From contig CAVVMW010000023.1 in the NCBI GenBank assembly GCA_963749495.1, positions 672,001 through 736,000 on the forward strand: 64,000 bases of DNA. Direction: 5' to 3'. Made by a program: the position numbers and the translations under genes. This DNA comes from an uncultured bacterium (GTDB lineage: Bacteria; Verrucomicrobiota; Verrucomicrobiia; Limisphaerales; UBA8199). The notes beneath the pieces are model-generated. The model searched no databases. It was not told where the DNA came from and was given only the letters and a program-made list of their open reading frames with translations. This document shows positions 22,280-32,856 of the stretch, one piece after another (within the stretch, counting starts at the first letter, position 1; every line of letters starts with the position of its first letter).

Positions 22280-25167
22280 CTACGGGGACTGCACGCGGAA
22301 GAAGCCCTGGGCGCCGGCAATGGAGTTGGTGAGGGTCTGCACCGAGCCGTCGCCGGTGAGCGAGTAGAGTGTGGTCCAGACGGGATTGGCGAGGTTGTCG
22401 GTATATTGGACCGAGTAGTTTTGGCCCGCGGCAGTCTGGAAGGCAAAGGTGAAGCTGCCGCCGCTGCGCTGGGGGTTGACCAGCGCCGGGACCGCCGCCG
22501 AGGCAGAAACACAACAGGCATAAGAGCCGTCAATGAGGGACACGCTGTCAATGTACCAGCCGCCGCCGCCGCCATAGTCGTTGCCCGTATCGGTGCCGAA
22601 CTCCCATTCGAAGGCGACGCTTTGGCCGGCGGCAGCGGCCGGCAGATTGACGGTGGTGGTGATAAAGCCGCCGCTGGTGCCGGTCCATACGGCCTGGCCG
22701 CCCAAGGGATTGTCATCCGTCGGATCGATGGTCCCGGTATAGCCTCCGGTGGCGAAGCTGCCGCCGGCAGCCAGGATGTCCGTAAAGGCGCCATTGCCAA
22801 TCTGGATGAGGAGATGGCCGCCATCATAGCCGACGGTCGAATCGTAAGGGCTGGTTTCGAGATCGTAATGATTTCTGAAGGAGAGCTGGGCGGAGGCTGA
22901 GTTGATCGGGATGGTCGGCGAGACCAGCTCGCCCAGGCCCGGGAACGGGGCTCCGCTTCGTAGGCGGAGTTCGGAGCGGTGTCGCTCAAGGCGGTGGATG
23001 TGACCCAGTTGGAGCCGCCGCCGCTGGCCGCACTGTTCCAGCCCGCGGGCAAGGCGGGGGCGGTGACGTCGTCAAAACCCTGGGCAAAGACGGTCGAGGG
23101 CGAGAACAGGCCCAGCGGCATCGAGTAACTGACCGTGCCGAGGCTTGTCGCGCCGTCCTGGAGTTGAAGCAGGGGTGCGATGGCCGAGCCGCAGGCGCCG
23201 TTGGCGATGAAAGTAAACGACTGGTTGAGGGTCTGGCCGCCGGCAGGGACCAGCCCATAGCTTTGCGGGGCGCTGACGACAGTCACGCCGTTGGTGGACA
23301 GGAGCGTGGCAACGAGGTTGGTCGTATCGCCCAAGCCGATGTTGCGCAGGCCGAAACTCACGGTCACGGTTTCGCCGGGGTTAACCGCGCCGTTGGTGGG
23401 CAGGCAGCTCTCGGCCACCAGCGCCCAGCCGTCGGCAACAACGTTCGGGGGATAGGCCGGGGCGACCAGGGCGTTGATGAGGTTGCTCCCGGTGGGCGTG
23501 CCCCAGCCGGTGCACAAGTCGTAGCCGGCGACAGCGTAGAACTTGTTGGGGCTGGACCTGCTCGTGTTGTTGCCGGTGACGATGTCATGGAATGCGCTCG
23601 CGTATTGGGGCCCCGTGCCAATGGCGTAGAGGGCAGGGTTGAGAAAGCCGACGGGCGGTTTGCCGCTGGCGGCTGCCTGCTGGTTGATCAGGGCCGCGAA
23701 CCCCGCCCACAGTGGTGTGGCGCAACTGGTGCCCCCGGTCCCCGGATAGCTCTTCCCGTTGTCGGCTATCGAGAAAACGTTGTCCGCCACCATGGCCACG
23801 TCGGGGATATTGCGCGAGGTGGTTGAGCCTTGGTTGGCCGCCATGCTGACGCCCTGCTGCCAGGAGGGGATGCCGTAGGTGGTGCTGATGCCGCCGCCGC
23901 TGCCTGTGCCGCTGCCCCAGTTCCAGACCGTCTCCGCAAGCCAAGCCCCGCCCGCACCGCTGGTCGTCACGGTGGTTCCCCCCACGATCGTCGCGTAAGG
24001 GTTGTCCGCCGGGGGATCGATCGGCCCGGTCCACGCGTTGGAGTCACCCGAGGCATTGAAAAAGGATTGCCCCTGGGCGGCAATCTCCTGGAGGATTTGG
24101 GACGTGTTGCCGTCGGTAGCAAGTGACCAGGTCCAGGACGAGCTGAGCTGCTTGGCCTGGTTGTCCGTGGCCATCCGGTTGAGAATATCGTTGCCGCTGC
24201 CCATCGGTCCGGCCTCATAAACGATGACCTTCGAGAGGCCGGGCGCCATCGAGATAACCATCTGGATGTCGAGGGCCACCTCGCCGTTTCCGCTGTTGTG
24301 GCCGGGGGTGGGCACCCCGTTGAACCCGTCCAGCTTCACGATCTGCACCGGCACGTTGGGCAGGTTGGCCCGCGTTTCGTAGCTGGTGATGTCCCCCGCA
24401 TAGAAACCGTCGAATTCGAGCAGGCCGACGGCCTGGCCGGTGCCGTCCAGGGAGACCCCGGGCGCGTAAGCAGCCCTGAAGTCCCGGCCCATGTAGGAGC
24501 CGCTCGGTCCCGAGCCCACGTTGGCCTTGGGGCGCGAAGGAGCCGCGCTCTGCCGCAGCATCGCCGGGCGCGGCAGCCGATAGTTGTTCAGGCCGCCAAT
24601 GTGCAACACGGGCACGGCCAGGTCCAGCGACGGCTCGGTGTCCGGCGCGTAAAAGGTGCGCGCCTCCTCGGGGTGGGGATAGACCTTGAGCGAGACATGG
24701 AAGGTCCGCTCGATAGCGGCGACGGCCCCGTTGACGTCGAGCAACAGACGGTTGGGATGCCGGGCTGTCACCGTCAAGCCGTTGGTGCTCATGAAGGCGG
24801 CCAGGGCCTCGTAGTCCTGCTCCGACGGGCCGAACCTGGCGGTGAAATCCTCGGGAGTAAGGTAATGGCGGAAGCTCGGACTGGCCGGGTCATACAGCGC
24901 CTTCAAAACGTTGGTCAGTGCCTCGCGATTGCGCAAAGGCAGTCCTATAGCCAGGTCCAGGCTCCGGGCCGGGTGAAGCCGCTCGAGCGGTTGCACCCGT
25001 CCAACGGCGGGCGGGACGTGGCCCTGCAAGGTTTGGCGCTCGGCGCGCGCAACGGGCGTCAACAATAGAACCAGAAACAGAGACAGACAGGCAACGGGCG
25101 CCATCACGGGCAGCCCCTTGAAGTTGAGCGGCTGGCCAGCCGCCCTTACGAAGGTTTTCTCGAGCAT
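22280..25167 (-). CDS. Secreted S53 (sedolisin/kumamolisin) serine protease with pro-domain and C-terminal beta domains; frameshift near 22945
   Basis: Pro-domain YDPASPSFRHYLTPEDF; catalytic EVALD, ASGDS, GGTSCATP; GYDLCTGWGTP; C-terminus in ORF 22280-22705 ends FFRVQSP. Confidence 0.92.
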
Positions 25168-25675
25168 AACTCCAGATCGGACACCTCGACTGGGCTTTGA
25201 AAAGCCCCGGACCCCAGGGCCGCCGGCCACTCAAAGATGGGGCGAAATCGCCCATGCAGATCTTCTCTGCCACCAATTCGATCATTCAGAACCATATTCT
25301 GGTTTGACCCATTTTAGCTCAAGCCAGCCTCAAACGCCAACGGAAACAACACGGAAAATTCCTGGCAGGCGCATCCCGACACTGTTCCTTAATCTCAACT
25401 TAAGGTTCACCTTGGTATCTTGTGCGGCATGGGCCAGAGCCTTCGGTCATTGTGGACGGAGTTGCCCCTGCGAGTTACTGGCTGTCTCCAGGGCGGCACC
25501 GGCCGCAAGCCTGCAGCGCATTTGCTCTTGCCCTCCATGTTGCCTGCACTGTATGGCCGGAGCGCGTCCGCTGTCGAGTTGGCGGGCGCGCTCTGTGACC
25601 GGGGGAGCAGCTTTTTTGCGTGTGCCGGGGCCCTTCTCCCGTTACAATGCGGCGCGAAAACCGTGCCACGATACG

Positions 25676-26335
25676 ATGAGAGTTCTGGTTGTGGAAGATG
25701 AGCCGGACCTGCTGCAGAGCCTGATGAAGGCACTGCGGGAGGACGGCTACGCCGTGGACGGCGCGGCCGATGGCACGGATGGCCTTTACAAGGCCCAGAA
25801 CTACGAATACGACGCGGTGGTCCTGGACATCATGTTGCCGGGCATCGACGGCTGGGAGTTGCTGCGGCGCTTGCGCGAGACGCGCGCGACGCCGGTGCTG
25901 ATGCTGACGGCGCGGGACGCGGTGCGGGACCGGGTGCGGGGCCTGGATACGGGGGCCGATGATTACCTGGTCAAGCCGTTCGATCTGGCGGAACTCCTGG
26001 CGCGGCTGCGGGCGCTGATTCGGCGTTCGGCCAGCCTGGCCGATTCCCGCATCGAACTGGGCGAGGTGGTGATCGATACGGCCGCCCGCACCGTCTCCAG
26101 GCAGGGCCAAGCCGTGGCCCTGACGGCCCGCGAATACGCCCTGGTCGAGTTCCTGGCCCTGCACCGGGGCAAAGTGATCACGCGGACCATGCTTTACGAC
26201 CACCTCTTCGACGAGAACGACAGCACGCTCTCCAACTTGCTCGACGTGCACGTCTCGAATGTCCGCAAGAAGCTGGGCTACGACTTCATCTCGACGCGGC
26301 GCGGGCACGGCTACTGCATCGAGTGCCGGCCATGA
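25676..26335 (+). CDS. OmpR/PhoB-family response regulator
   Basis: MRVLVVEDE, LDIMLPGIDG, MLTARD, GADDYLVKPF, winged helix ending TRRGHGY. Confidence 0.95.
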   Translation: MRVLVVEDEPDLLQSLMKALREDGYAVDGAADGTDGLYKAQNYEYDAVVLDIMLPGIDGWELLRRLRETRATPVLMLTARDAVRDRVRGLDTGADDYLVKPFDLAELLARLRALIRRSASLADSRIELGEVVIDTAARTVSRQGQAVALTAREYALVEFLALHRGKVITRTMLYDHLFDENDSTLSNLLDVHVSNVRKKLGYDFISTRRGHGYCIECRP

Positions 26336-28017
26336 TCTTCAACTCGATTCGCTGGCGGCTGCAGGCCTGGCACGGGCTGATTCTGGTAACGGTGCTCACG
26401 GGCTTTGGGCTGACCGCCTACCACGTCGCGCGCGAGAACCAATTGCGCAGGATTGACCAGGAGGAGTTGGGACCGCGCCTGATGCTTCCCATCTTCCGGC
26501 CGGGACCGCCCAAGCCGCCCCCGGAGGGGGGGCCGGGCCAGGTGGGGGACCGGGGGCCGCGCCAGCCGCCGGAGCGCGGGCCGGGCCAGCCGCCCAACGA
26601 CCGGGCCGGCGATGGCCGCCGCCGCTTCGGCCCGCCGGAGTTCCGGGCCCGGCTCCTGGAGGCCATTGCAAGGGCCGGCTCGACCGAGGGCGGCCAGACC
26701 AACAGGTTCTATTACGTGCTGTGGGATGAGACGGGCTCGGTGCTGGCGCGGTCAACCAATGCCCCCAACGACGTGCCGCGGCCGGAGGGCCTCGCGCCAC
26801 CTGGCCCCAAGGCGTCCTCGGCCAACGAGACGCCGGGCCAGCCCTCGCGCCCGCGACCCTCGACCCTCGACCCTCAGCCCTCGACCCTCGACCCTCGACC
26901 CTCGACCCTCGACCCTCGACCCTCGACCCCTCCCAAGCAGGCGCTGGGCCAGCCCTCACGCCCTGGGCCTCCCGGTCCGCCGATGCCCCGGCGCGGCCGC
27001 ACGCGCGGGGAGCGCCGCGAGGTGTCTCAGGTCATGCCGGGCGGGGAGACGCTCCTGGTGGGCCGCTCGATCGCGCCGGAGTTCAGGGACATGCGGCGCC
27101 TGGCGCTCTGGTTGACGGTGGCCGGGGCCGGGGTCTTGCTCCTGGGCCTGGCAGGCGGTTGGTGGCTGGCGAGCCGCGCCATCCGTCCGATCGAGGACAT
27201 CGGGGCCACCGCCCTGAAGATCGCCGCCGGCGATCTCTCACAACGCATCGATGCCGCGGACACCGATAGCGAATTGGGCCGCCTGGCCGGCGTGCTCAAC
27301 TCCACCTTTGGCCGCCTGGAGGCCGCCTTCGCCCACCAGTCCCGGTTCACCTCGGATGCCTCGCACGAACTGCGCACCCCCGTCTCGGTCATCCTCTCCC
27401 AAACCCAGACCGCCCTGACCCGCGAGCGCAGCGCCGCCGAATACCGCGACGCCCTCCAGGCCTGCCAGCGCGCCGCCCAGCGCATGCGCAAACTCACCGA
27501 GTCGTTGCTCGAACTGGCCCGCCTGGATGCCGGCCAGGAACCCATGCGCCGCGAACCCTTCGACCTGGCCCGCGTCACCCGCGAGTGTGTCGAGATGGTC
27601 CGGCCACTGGCGGCCGAACGGGGCGTCCAACTCCACTGCGAACTGGACCCCGTCCAGTGCCCCGGCAACGCCGAGCGCATCAGCCAGGTCGCCACCAATC
27701 TCCTGAGCAACGCCATCTGCTTCAACCGCCCGGGGGGCGAGGTCCGCATCTCCACTCGCCCCGAAGACGGCCACGCGGTCCTCATCGTCGCCGATACGGG
27801 CCAGGGCATCCCGGCCGAAGATTTGCCCCATATTTTCGAGCGCTTTTACCGCGTTGACAAGGCCCGCTCCGGCACCCAGGGCCGAACTGGCCTGGGCCTG
27901 GCCATTTCCAAGGCCATCATCGATGCCCACAGCGGCGTGATCGAGGTCTCCAGCCAACCCGACGCCGGCAGCGCCTTCACCGTGAAACTGCCCCTGGCCG
28001 AGGCGGGCGCAGGGTAG
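26332..28017 (+). CDS. Sensor histidine kinase (2 TM, HAMP, HisKA, HATPase)
   Basis: DASHELRTP, NLLSNA, DTGQGI, IFERFYRVD, GLGLAI. Confidence 0.95.
   Translation: MIFNSIRWRLQAWHGLILVTVLTGFGLTAYHVARENQLRRIDQEELGPRLMLPIFRPGPPKPPPEGGPGQVGDRGPRQPPERGPGQPPNDRAGDGRRRFGPPEFRARLLEAIARAGSTEGGQTNRFYYVLWDETGSVLARSTNAPNDVPRPEGLAPPGPKASSANETPGQPSRPRPSTLDPQPSTLDPRPSTLDPRPSTPPKQALGQPSRPGPPGPPMPRRGRTRGERREVSQVMPGGETLLVGRSIAPEFRDMRRLALWLTVAGAGVLLLGLAGGWWLASRAIRPIEDIGATALKIAAGDLSQRIDAADTDSELGRLAGVLNSTFGRLEAAFAHQSRFTSDASHELRTPVSVILSQTQTALTRERSAAEYRDALQACQRAAQRMRKLTESLLELARLDAGQEPMRREPFDLARVTRECVEMVRPLAAERGVQLHCELDPVQCPGNAERISQVATNLLSNAICFNRPGGEVRISTRPEDGHAVLIVADTGQGIPAEDLPHIFERFYRVDKARSGTQGRTGLGLAISKAIIDAHSGVIEVSSQPDAGSAFTVKLPLAEAGAG
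26854..26930 (+). repeat. Heptamer tandem repeat (CGACCCT) x11 inside the kinase sensor domain
   Basis: Encodes RPSTLDP repeats; flanked by 18-bp direct repeats at 26835 and 26946. Confidence 0.93.
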
Positions 28018-28070
28018 GGGGCTGACAAGTACGGCTTGCCATGGGGAACGACACGCGTAATGTTGAGGCC

Positions 28071-28283
28071 GTGAGCACATCCGAAATCAAGGCCAGTATA
28101 GACCAGATGACCGAGGAGGAACGCTTCTTCGCGGCCGCATATCTGCAGCACCTTGCGCAAGAGCGCAATCCCGCCTATCAAGCCCTGTTAGCCGAACGGA
28201 TGAGGCGCATGGATGCCGGTCAGAAGGTGACACTGGATCAGGCGCAGCGGATACATCACGCCTTGGAGGCCGAGGGGTCTGAT
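28071..28283 (+). CDS. Small antitoxin-like protein; natural stop probably the TGA overlapping the next ATG (1-nt shift), although the ORF as sequenced runs to 28376
   Basis: MSTSEIKASIDQMTEEERFF...LAERMRRMDAGQKVTLDQ resembles addiction-module antitoxins. Confidence 0.6.
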
Positions 28284-28539
28284 GGACCATTGGAAGATCG
28301 TGCTCGACGAGGATGTGTTTCAGTTCTTTGTCTCAAGCCGGCCGAAGGAACGACGCACATTGATGGCGGCCTTTGAGGCACTCCGCTCCAATCCGCGCCG
28401 ACAAGCGGACTACTTTGTCCGAGACCCCACAGGCCGTTCCCTGAGCGTCTGGGCCTGCCGGCCCTTTCTGATAACTTATTGGCTTGACGCGCTGGTTTGG
28501 GAAATCCGCCTCGTCAACCTGCAACGCGTTTCTTTCTGA
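28282..28539 (+). CDS. RelE/ParE-like small toxin candidate
   Basis: 85 aa, WKIVLDEDVFQFF...LRSNP...FLITYWLD...EIRLVNL; coupled to the upstream antitoxin-like gene. Confidence 0.55.
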   Translation: MDHWKIVLDEDVFQFFVSSRPKERRTLMAAFEALRSNPRRQADYFVRDPTGRSLSVWACRPFLITYWLDALVWEIRLVNLQRVSF

Positions 28540-28879
28540 AGAACCTTGCGAGGTTGTTCCTCGAGAGTTCGATGCAGCGGTGTCCTTGCATCCCGGAGGG
28601 ATGCCAGCAGGGGATTTTTCCGCCGAAGCCGTTCTCCTGACCGGCTGGTCTAGGGGGCGGGGGGGTATGGACCTGCTACAGTGTTACAAGGCCCATGGAA
28701 CCGGGGGATTTTTGAGGTCGGACCCGCAACACCACCTGCAACAACGCGCTACGGCGCCGGTAAAACCGGGGAATTCTTGCGGGCACTATTTTTGTTTGAC
28801 ACGGTGGAAGTCAATATCAACTCGGCAAAATCGAGCTTCGGATAGAGGGGGAGGTGGGCCGGGCGCACGTGAAGGGGTC

Positions 28880-29176
28880 TCAGTTTAGGAGGCAGAAACA
28901 GCCTCGTACGATCCCACTGCGGCAAGCGCCGTCGACCTGACCAAAAAGACCATCCCGCCGGCGCGGTCGCAACGCCACGATGCCAGCGCGGCAATTTGGC
29001 TGCAAAATACGACGGCACCGCGGCAATCCGGCAAAAAGCCTACGACGGCACTTCGGCAAAAGGTACGATGGGAAAAAAGTTCGTAACACATCACGGAAGA
29101 TGTCTTGGCGTTCATTGCCGCCGGCGGTGACGTCATACCGCCCGCCCGCTCGTTCGATGCGCAACGCGCGTGCCAT
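28880..29176 (-). pseudogene. 5' remnant of an IS200/RAYT-like Y1 transposase
   Basis: MARALRIERAGGRYDVTAGGNERQDIFRD matches the MARxLR...YHVTxRGNxRxxIFxD N-terminus with degenerate residues; similarity is lost after about 30 aa. Confidence 0.7.
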
Positions 29177-29531
29177 GGGCCAATGGAATCATCCCGGAAT
29201 CCCGGCGTCAAGTGCCAATTTTCCAAATGACAAGACATGACCCCAATGGTCATCAGCTGAACGCCGGTCGGCGCAAGGCCATACGGTCCAGAACTTCGAT
29301 TTCCGTCAATTGGCCGGCGTCAGGTTGATGCCGGGGTTGGACGGCTCTCGCGCCCGTCTCGCTTGCGACACGTCGGGGTTGAAAGCCGTTTCCGGATACG
29401 CCAGTTAGCAACCGATCCCCTCCTGCCGGAGCATGGCATTCCTCCAAAGTAGCGTGTCCAACCCGAACGAAACAATTCGCTTGACCCGTGAACTTGCCTG
29501 ATGCATCAAACGTATTTGAAACAGCGGAACT

Positions 29532-31298
29532 GTGCTAAGTCCACAAATGAGAGCATTAAACATCGAGGCGATGCACGACATGGCGAAGAAGCGGCACGGC
29601 AAGTGCCTCAGCCGCGTTTATGTAAAGAGCGCCGCTAAATTGCTCTGGTGTTGCCGCAATGGTCATAAGTGGCGGGCATCACCGAACTCAATTCGGCAGG
29701 GTAGTTGGTGTCCAAGATGCGTTGGCCAGGGTAAAACCATCCTCGACATGCGAGGTGCCGCTCGCCGGCGAAATGGGAAATGCCTTTCCAACCGTTACAA
29801 GGGCGCTTTCGTCAAACTGCAATGGCAGTGTTCTAAGGGGCATGTATTTAGCGCCGCGCCGACTCACGTGCTCAACCATGGAAGCTGGTGTCCTCAATGT
29901 TACTTAGGCTCAAAGCGGTTAAGCCTGAAACAGCGGCAAAGAAAACTATTGGAAATGAACCATCTGGCTCGTTCAAGAAACGGCTGGTGCCTGTCAACAG
30001 GGTACGTAAACGGCCAGACACGTCTTCGATGGCGCTGTCGAAATGGCCATGAATGGTTGGCAACAGCTGAGTCCGTCAAGAATGCTGGCACGTGGTGCGC
30101 CACCTGCGGCGCTGGAATTAGTGAGCGAATATGCCGCGCGGTGTCTGAAAGGATGTTGGCGTCGGCTTTCCCCAAGAAAAAGCCTGCATGGTTGCAAAGC
30201 ACAAGACGAACACGCATGGAGCTTGATGGATATTCAGAGGAATTGGGAATCGCCTTCGAATATCAAGGCGTCCAGCATTTTGTAAAGAACTCGCGCTTTC
30301 ATAGGGGAAAAGCCACGCTCGAACGAAGGATGGCTGACGACAGGCGGAAAGCAGCCCTCTGCCGAAAACACGGAATTCTTCTTCTCCAGATTCCATACAC
30401 CGTGCCGCACGCGAAGTTCGAAAAGTTCATCCGGCAGTCGCTAAAGGCGCGTACCACACACCAGCAAACCAACGACATTCTCAACCGAGGTAGGACCAAC
30501 AACATCGATCTTTCAACACTAAATGCCTATTCACCTGCCCGACTGGTTGAGATGCAGGAACTCGCCAAGAAGCATGGTGGACAATGCCTCTCCACAAATT
30601 ATATAAACAACACGACAAAGCTTCGCTGGCGATGCAAAGCCGGACATGTTTGGGAAGCTACACCCGTTTCAATAAAAATGGGAAATTGGTGTCATGAATG
30701 TTCCGGATACCGCCGATACACATTGGCAGACATGAAGGCTCTTGCCCGAAAAAGAGGAGGTGAATGCCTTGCGACGAAATACCACGGAAACAGGACTAAG
30801 ATGTTATGGCGATGTGCAAAGGGACATTCATGGAGCACGACTCCCGGGGGCGTCGTAATGGGAGCGTGGTGCCCCTATTGTGCGAACCGGCCGCCTATAA
30901 CAATCAAGGATGTGCGGGCATTGGCGCGCAGGCGCCGCGGCAAATGCCTCTCCACTCAGTACGCAAACGCGCAAGGGAAACTGCACTTTCAGTGTGCCGA
31001 GGGACACGTATGGAAAACAAGCTGGAACAGGCTCCAACAAGGTATGTGGTGCCCCGTCTGCGGAAAGAGGAAGGCTGGACAAGAGCGGCGTCTCACCATC
31101 AATTTGATGTGTACCATCGCTGGTGGAAAAAAGGGGCTATGTATATCGAAAGAGTATGTTAACAGTGGGGTGAAGCTTCTTTGGCGATGCCAGCATGGTC
31201 ATCAATGGTCGGCCACACCAGCGAATGTCAGGCGTGGGACGTGGTGCCCTGTCTGCGCAGGGCGTAAAGCCCTGTCGGCGGTCAGCCAAATGGGGTGA
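29532..31298 (+). CDS. Protein with seven Zn-ribbon (CxxGH...WCxxC) repeats around a central PD-(D/E)xK-like endonuclease domain
   Basis: 3 + 4 repeats of GxCLSxxY..LxWxCxxGHxWxA..GxWCPxC; central SERICR...MELDGYSEELGIAFEYQGVQHF...DDRRKAALC; visibly lower GC than the flanks. Confidence 0.85.
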   Translation: MLSPQMRALNIEAMHDMAKKRHGKCLSRVYVKSAAKLLWCCRNGHKWRASPNSIRQGSWCPRCVGQGKTILDMRGAARRRNGKCLSNRYKGAFVKLQWQCSKGHVFSAAPTHVLNHGSWCPQCYLGSKRLSLKQRQRKLLEMNHLARSRNGWCLSTGYVNGQTRLRWRCRNGHEWLATAESVKNAGTWCATCGAGISERICRAVSERMLASAFPKKKPAWLQSTRRTRMELDGYSEELGIAFEYQGVQHFVKNSRFHRGKATLERRMADDRRKAALCRKHGILLLQIPYTVPHAKFEKFIRQSLKARTTHQQTNDILNRGRTNNIDLSTLNAYSPARLVEMQELAKKHGGQCLSTNYINNTTKLRWRCKAGHVWEATPVSIKMGNWCHECSGYRRYTLADMKALARKRGGECLATKYHGNRTKMLWRCAKGHSWSTTPGGVVMGAWCPYCANRPPITIKDVRALARRRRGKCLSTQYANAQGKLHFQCAEGHVWKTSWNRLQQGMWCPVCGKRKAGQERRLTINLMCTIAGGKKGLCISKEYVNSGVKLLWRCQHGHQWSATPANVRRGTWCPVCAGRKALSAVSQMG

Positions 31299-31630
31299 CG
31301 TCATTGCGGCGGAGTGCGTGTCCGTCGCTGAGGTGCCGTCGGCCACGCATCCGGATGCCCTCGGTCGCCTCGATAGGGAAGCCCAGCGGCCGGCACTAAT
31401 GGGATTCCGCTCCGGGGGCGGCCAGGGCGTCGGTGTCGAGCGGGGCCGGCAGGCGGCCAGGGTGGTCGCCAGTGCGGACAGGCGAAGGCTTCTCTGTGGA
31501 ATTGAACGGGAACGGCGTTGGCATCGAGACGGTGTTCACCAGCAGTGCGCATGGGCGCCAGGGCCGGGTCACCAGACTGCGGGTCCTCGGCGTTGAGGCG
31601 GGTCCCGTTCGGGGGATGCCACGGATAGGC

Positions 31631-31915
31631 TCACCGTCCGGGCGATTCCTCGAGGAGGCGCGTGTGGGCGATGCCGCCCTGCCAGCCCCGGCGCGCCCAG
31701 CCGGCGGTCAGCTCGATGCCGAACTGCGGCCAGTCGGGCGGGATGGGCAGGGCGCAAAGCTCCACCAGGGCGAACCGGGCCTGCCGCATGTCCTCCTGGC
31801 GGGCCCGGACGAACCACGCGGGGGCCAGCCCGACGAAGACCAGGTTGTGGGCGACCTGCATGGCCTTGTGGAGGAAGGCGCGGAACTGGCAAAAGGGCGA
31901 GTGGCGGGCACCAAT
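31631..31915 (-). pseudogene. C-terminal remnant of a small phage-type DNA methyltransferase-like gene
   Basis: HSPFCQFRAFLHKAMQVAHNLVFV..RARQEDMRQA..WPQFGIELTAGW resembles the NPPF-motif region of small methylases (from recall); N-terminus missing. Confidence 0.45.
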
Positions 31916-32223
31916 TCGGAAGGGCGCTACAGATGCGGCCAGCCGGGAGAATTGAGGGGTGGGCTGTTCCGCTCCAGCTTGGCCGTGATGCCAAGATTGT
32001 ATCATTGACCTTCCTTATGCATGCTCATAGACCCCTCAGTTGCATAAAAATGTAGTTGTTTAACCGCCCTGGCCTCTCGAAAGCGGCCTCCTGCGCGGCT
32101 GCAAGCCATCTACTGAGCGCCGCTTCTCTGGCGAAGCAGAAGCCACTAAAAGTGGGGTTTGCCAAACGCCATTTCGCCCTTCTGCCGGTTACAAAAAAAA
32201 TGCAAAAAAATGCGATTCGGGGC

Positions 32224-32261
32224 TTGACATGTCCGATAGCCTATATTATGTATCGGACATG
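32224..32261 (+). promoter_or_regulatory. TTGACA box overlapped by an 11-bp inverted repeat that covers the start codon of the passenger ORF
   Basis: TTGACA at 32224; CATGTCCGATA (32228-32238) / TATCGGACATG (32251-32261) with an AT-rich spacer. Confidence 0.55.
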
Positions 32262-32630
32262 AAGAAAACGATCTCTATCCCGCAAATCGAAGCTCGTATC
32301 CAACACATCAAAACCCAACTCGCCGCCTTGGGCGATATGCGTCCCGGAAGCCTTTCCCGGCAGTATAACGTCTGCGGCAAGCCGGGCTGCCGTTGTAAGG
32401 ACCCCGAAAAACCCCGACGCCACGGCCCCTATTACCAACTGAGTTGGGTGCATCGCCGCAAGAGCACCAGCCAGTTCATCCGCCCCGGCTTTGTCGCTCA
32501 GGTCAAGGCCCAACTGGCCACTTATAGAACCTCTCGCAAGCTGACGGCACAATGGGTCGAGTTAGCCCTCCAGGCAGCCCAACTGAGGCTCCAAGCCGCC
32601 AGAGACACCGCCACGCTCCAACCCAAGTGA
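32259..32630 (+). CDS. DUF6788-like transposase-associated protein
   Basis: MRPGSLSRQYNVCGKPGCRC..HGPYYQLSW motif. Confidence 0.82.
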   Translation: MKKTISIPQIEARIQHIKTQLAALGDMRPGSLSRQYNVCGKPGCRCKDPEKPRRHGPYYQLSWVHRRKSTSQFIRPGFVAQVKAQLATYRTSRKLTAQWVELALQAAQLRLQAARDTATLQPK

Positions 32631-32836
32631 GCCTCCACCCGCCCCCCCTCCTTTCACCTCAAACCCTTCTCCCATGAGACTTAGCCAGCAGCAAATCTAT
32701 ACGAGAGCCTCCTCGATGCCGCAGGTGCAATTCCAGGAACAACAACTGACCAGCTTCGGCGGTTTGCTCATCTTCCAGCAACTCTTCGGCAAAATCCAAC
32801 TCAAGGAGCGCTTGCACCAGTGCTCGGCCCATCTGG

Positions 32837-32856
32837 CCTGCCTGCCGGCAGGCAGG
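32837..32856. repeat. 20-bp perfect palindrome CCTGCCTGCCGGCAGGCAGG, copy 1
   Basis: Read directly; located at the first frameshift of the transposase. Confidence 0.95.

Noticed and set aside
25118..25675. N-terminal extension of the response regulator
   Set aside because: Non-protein-like translation of the divergent promoter region; the receiver domain starts at 25676
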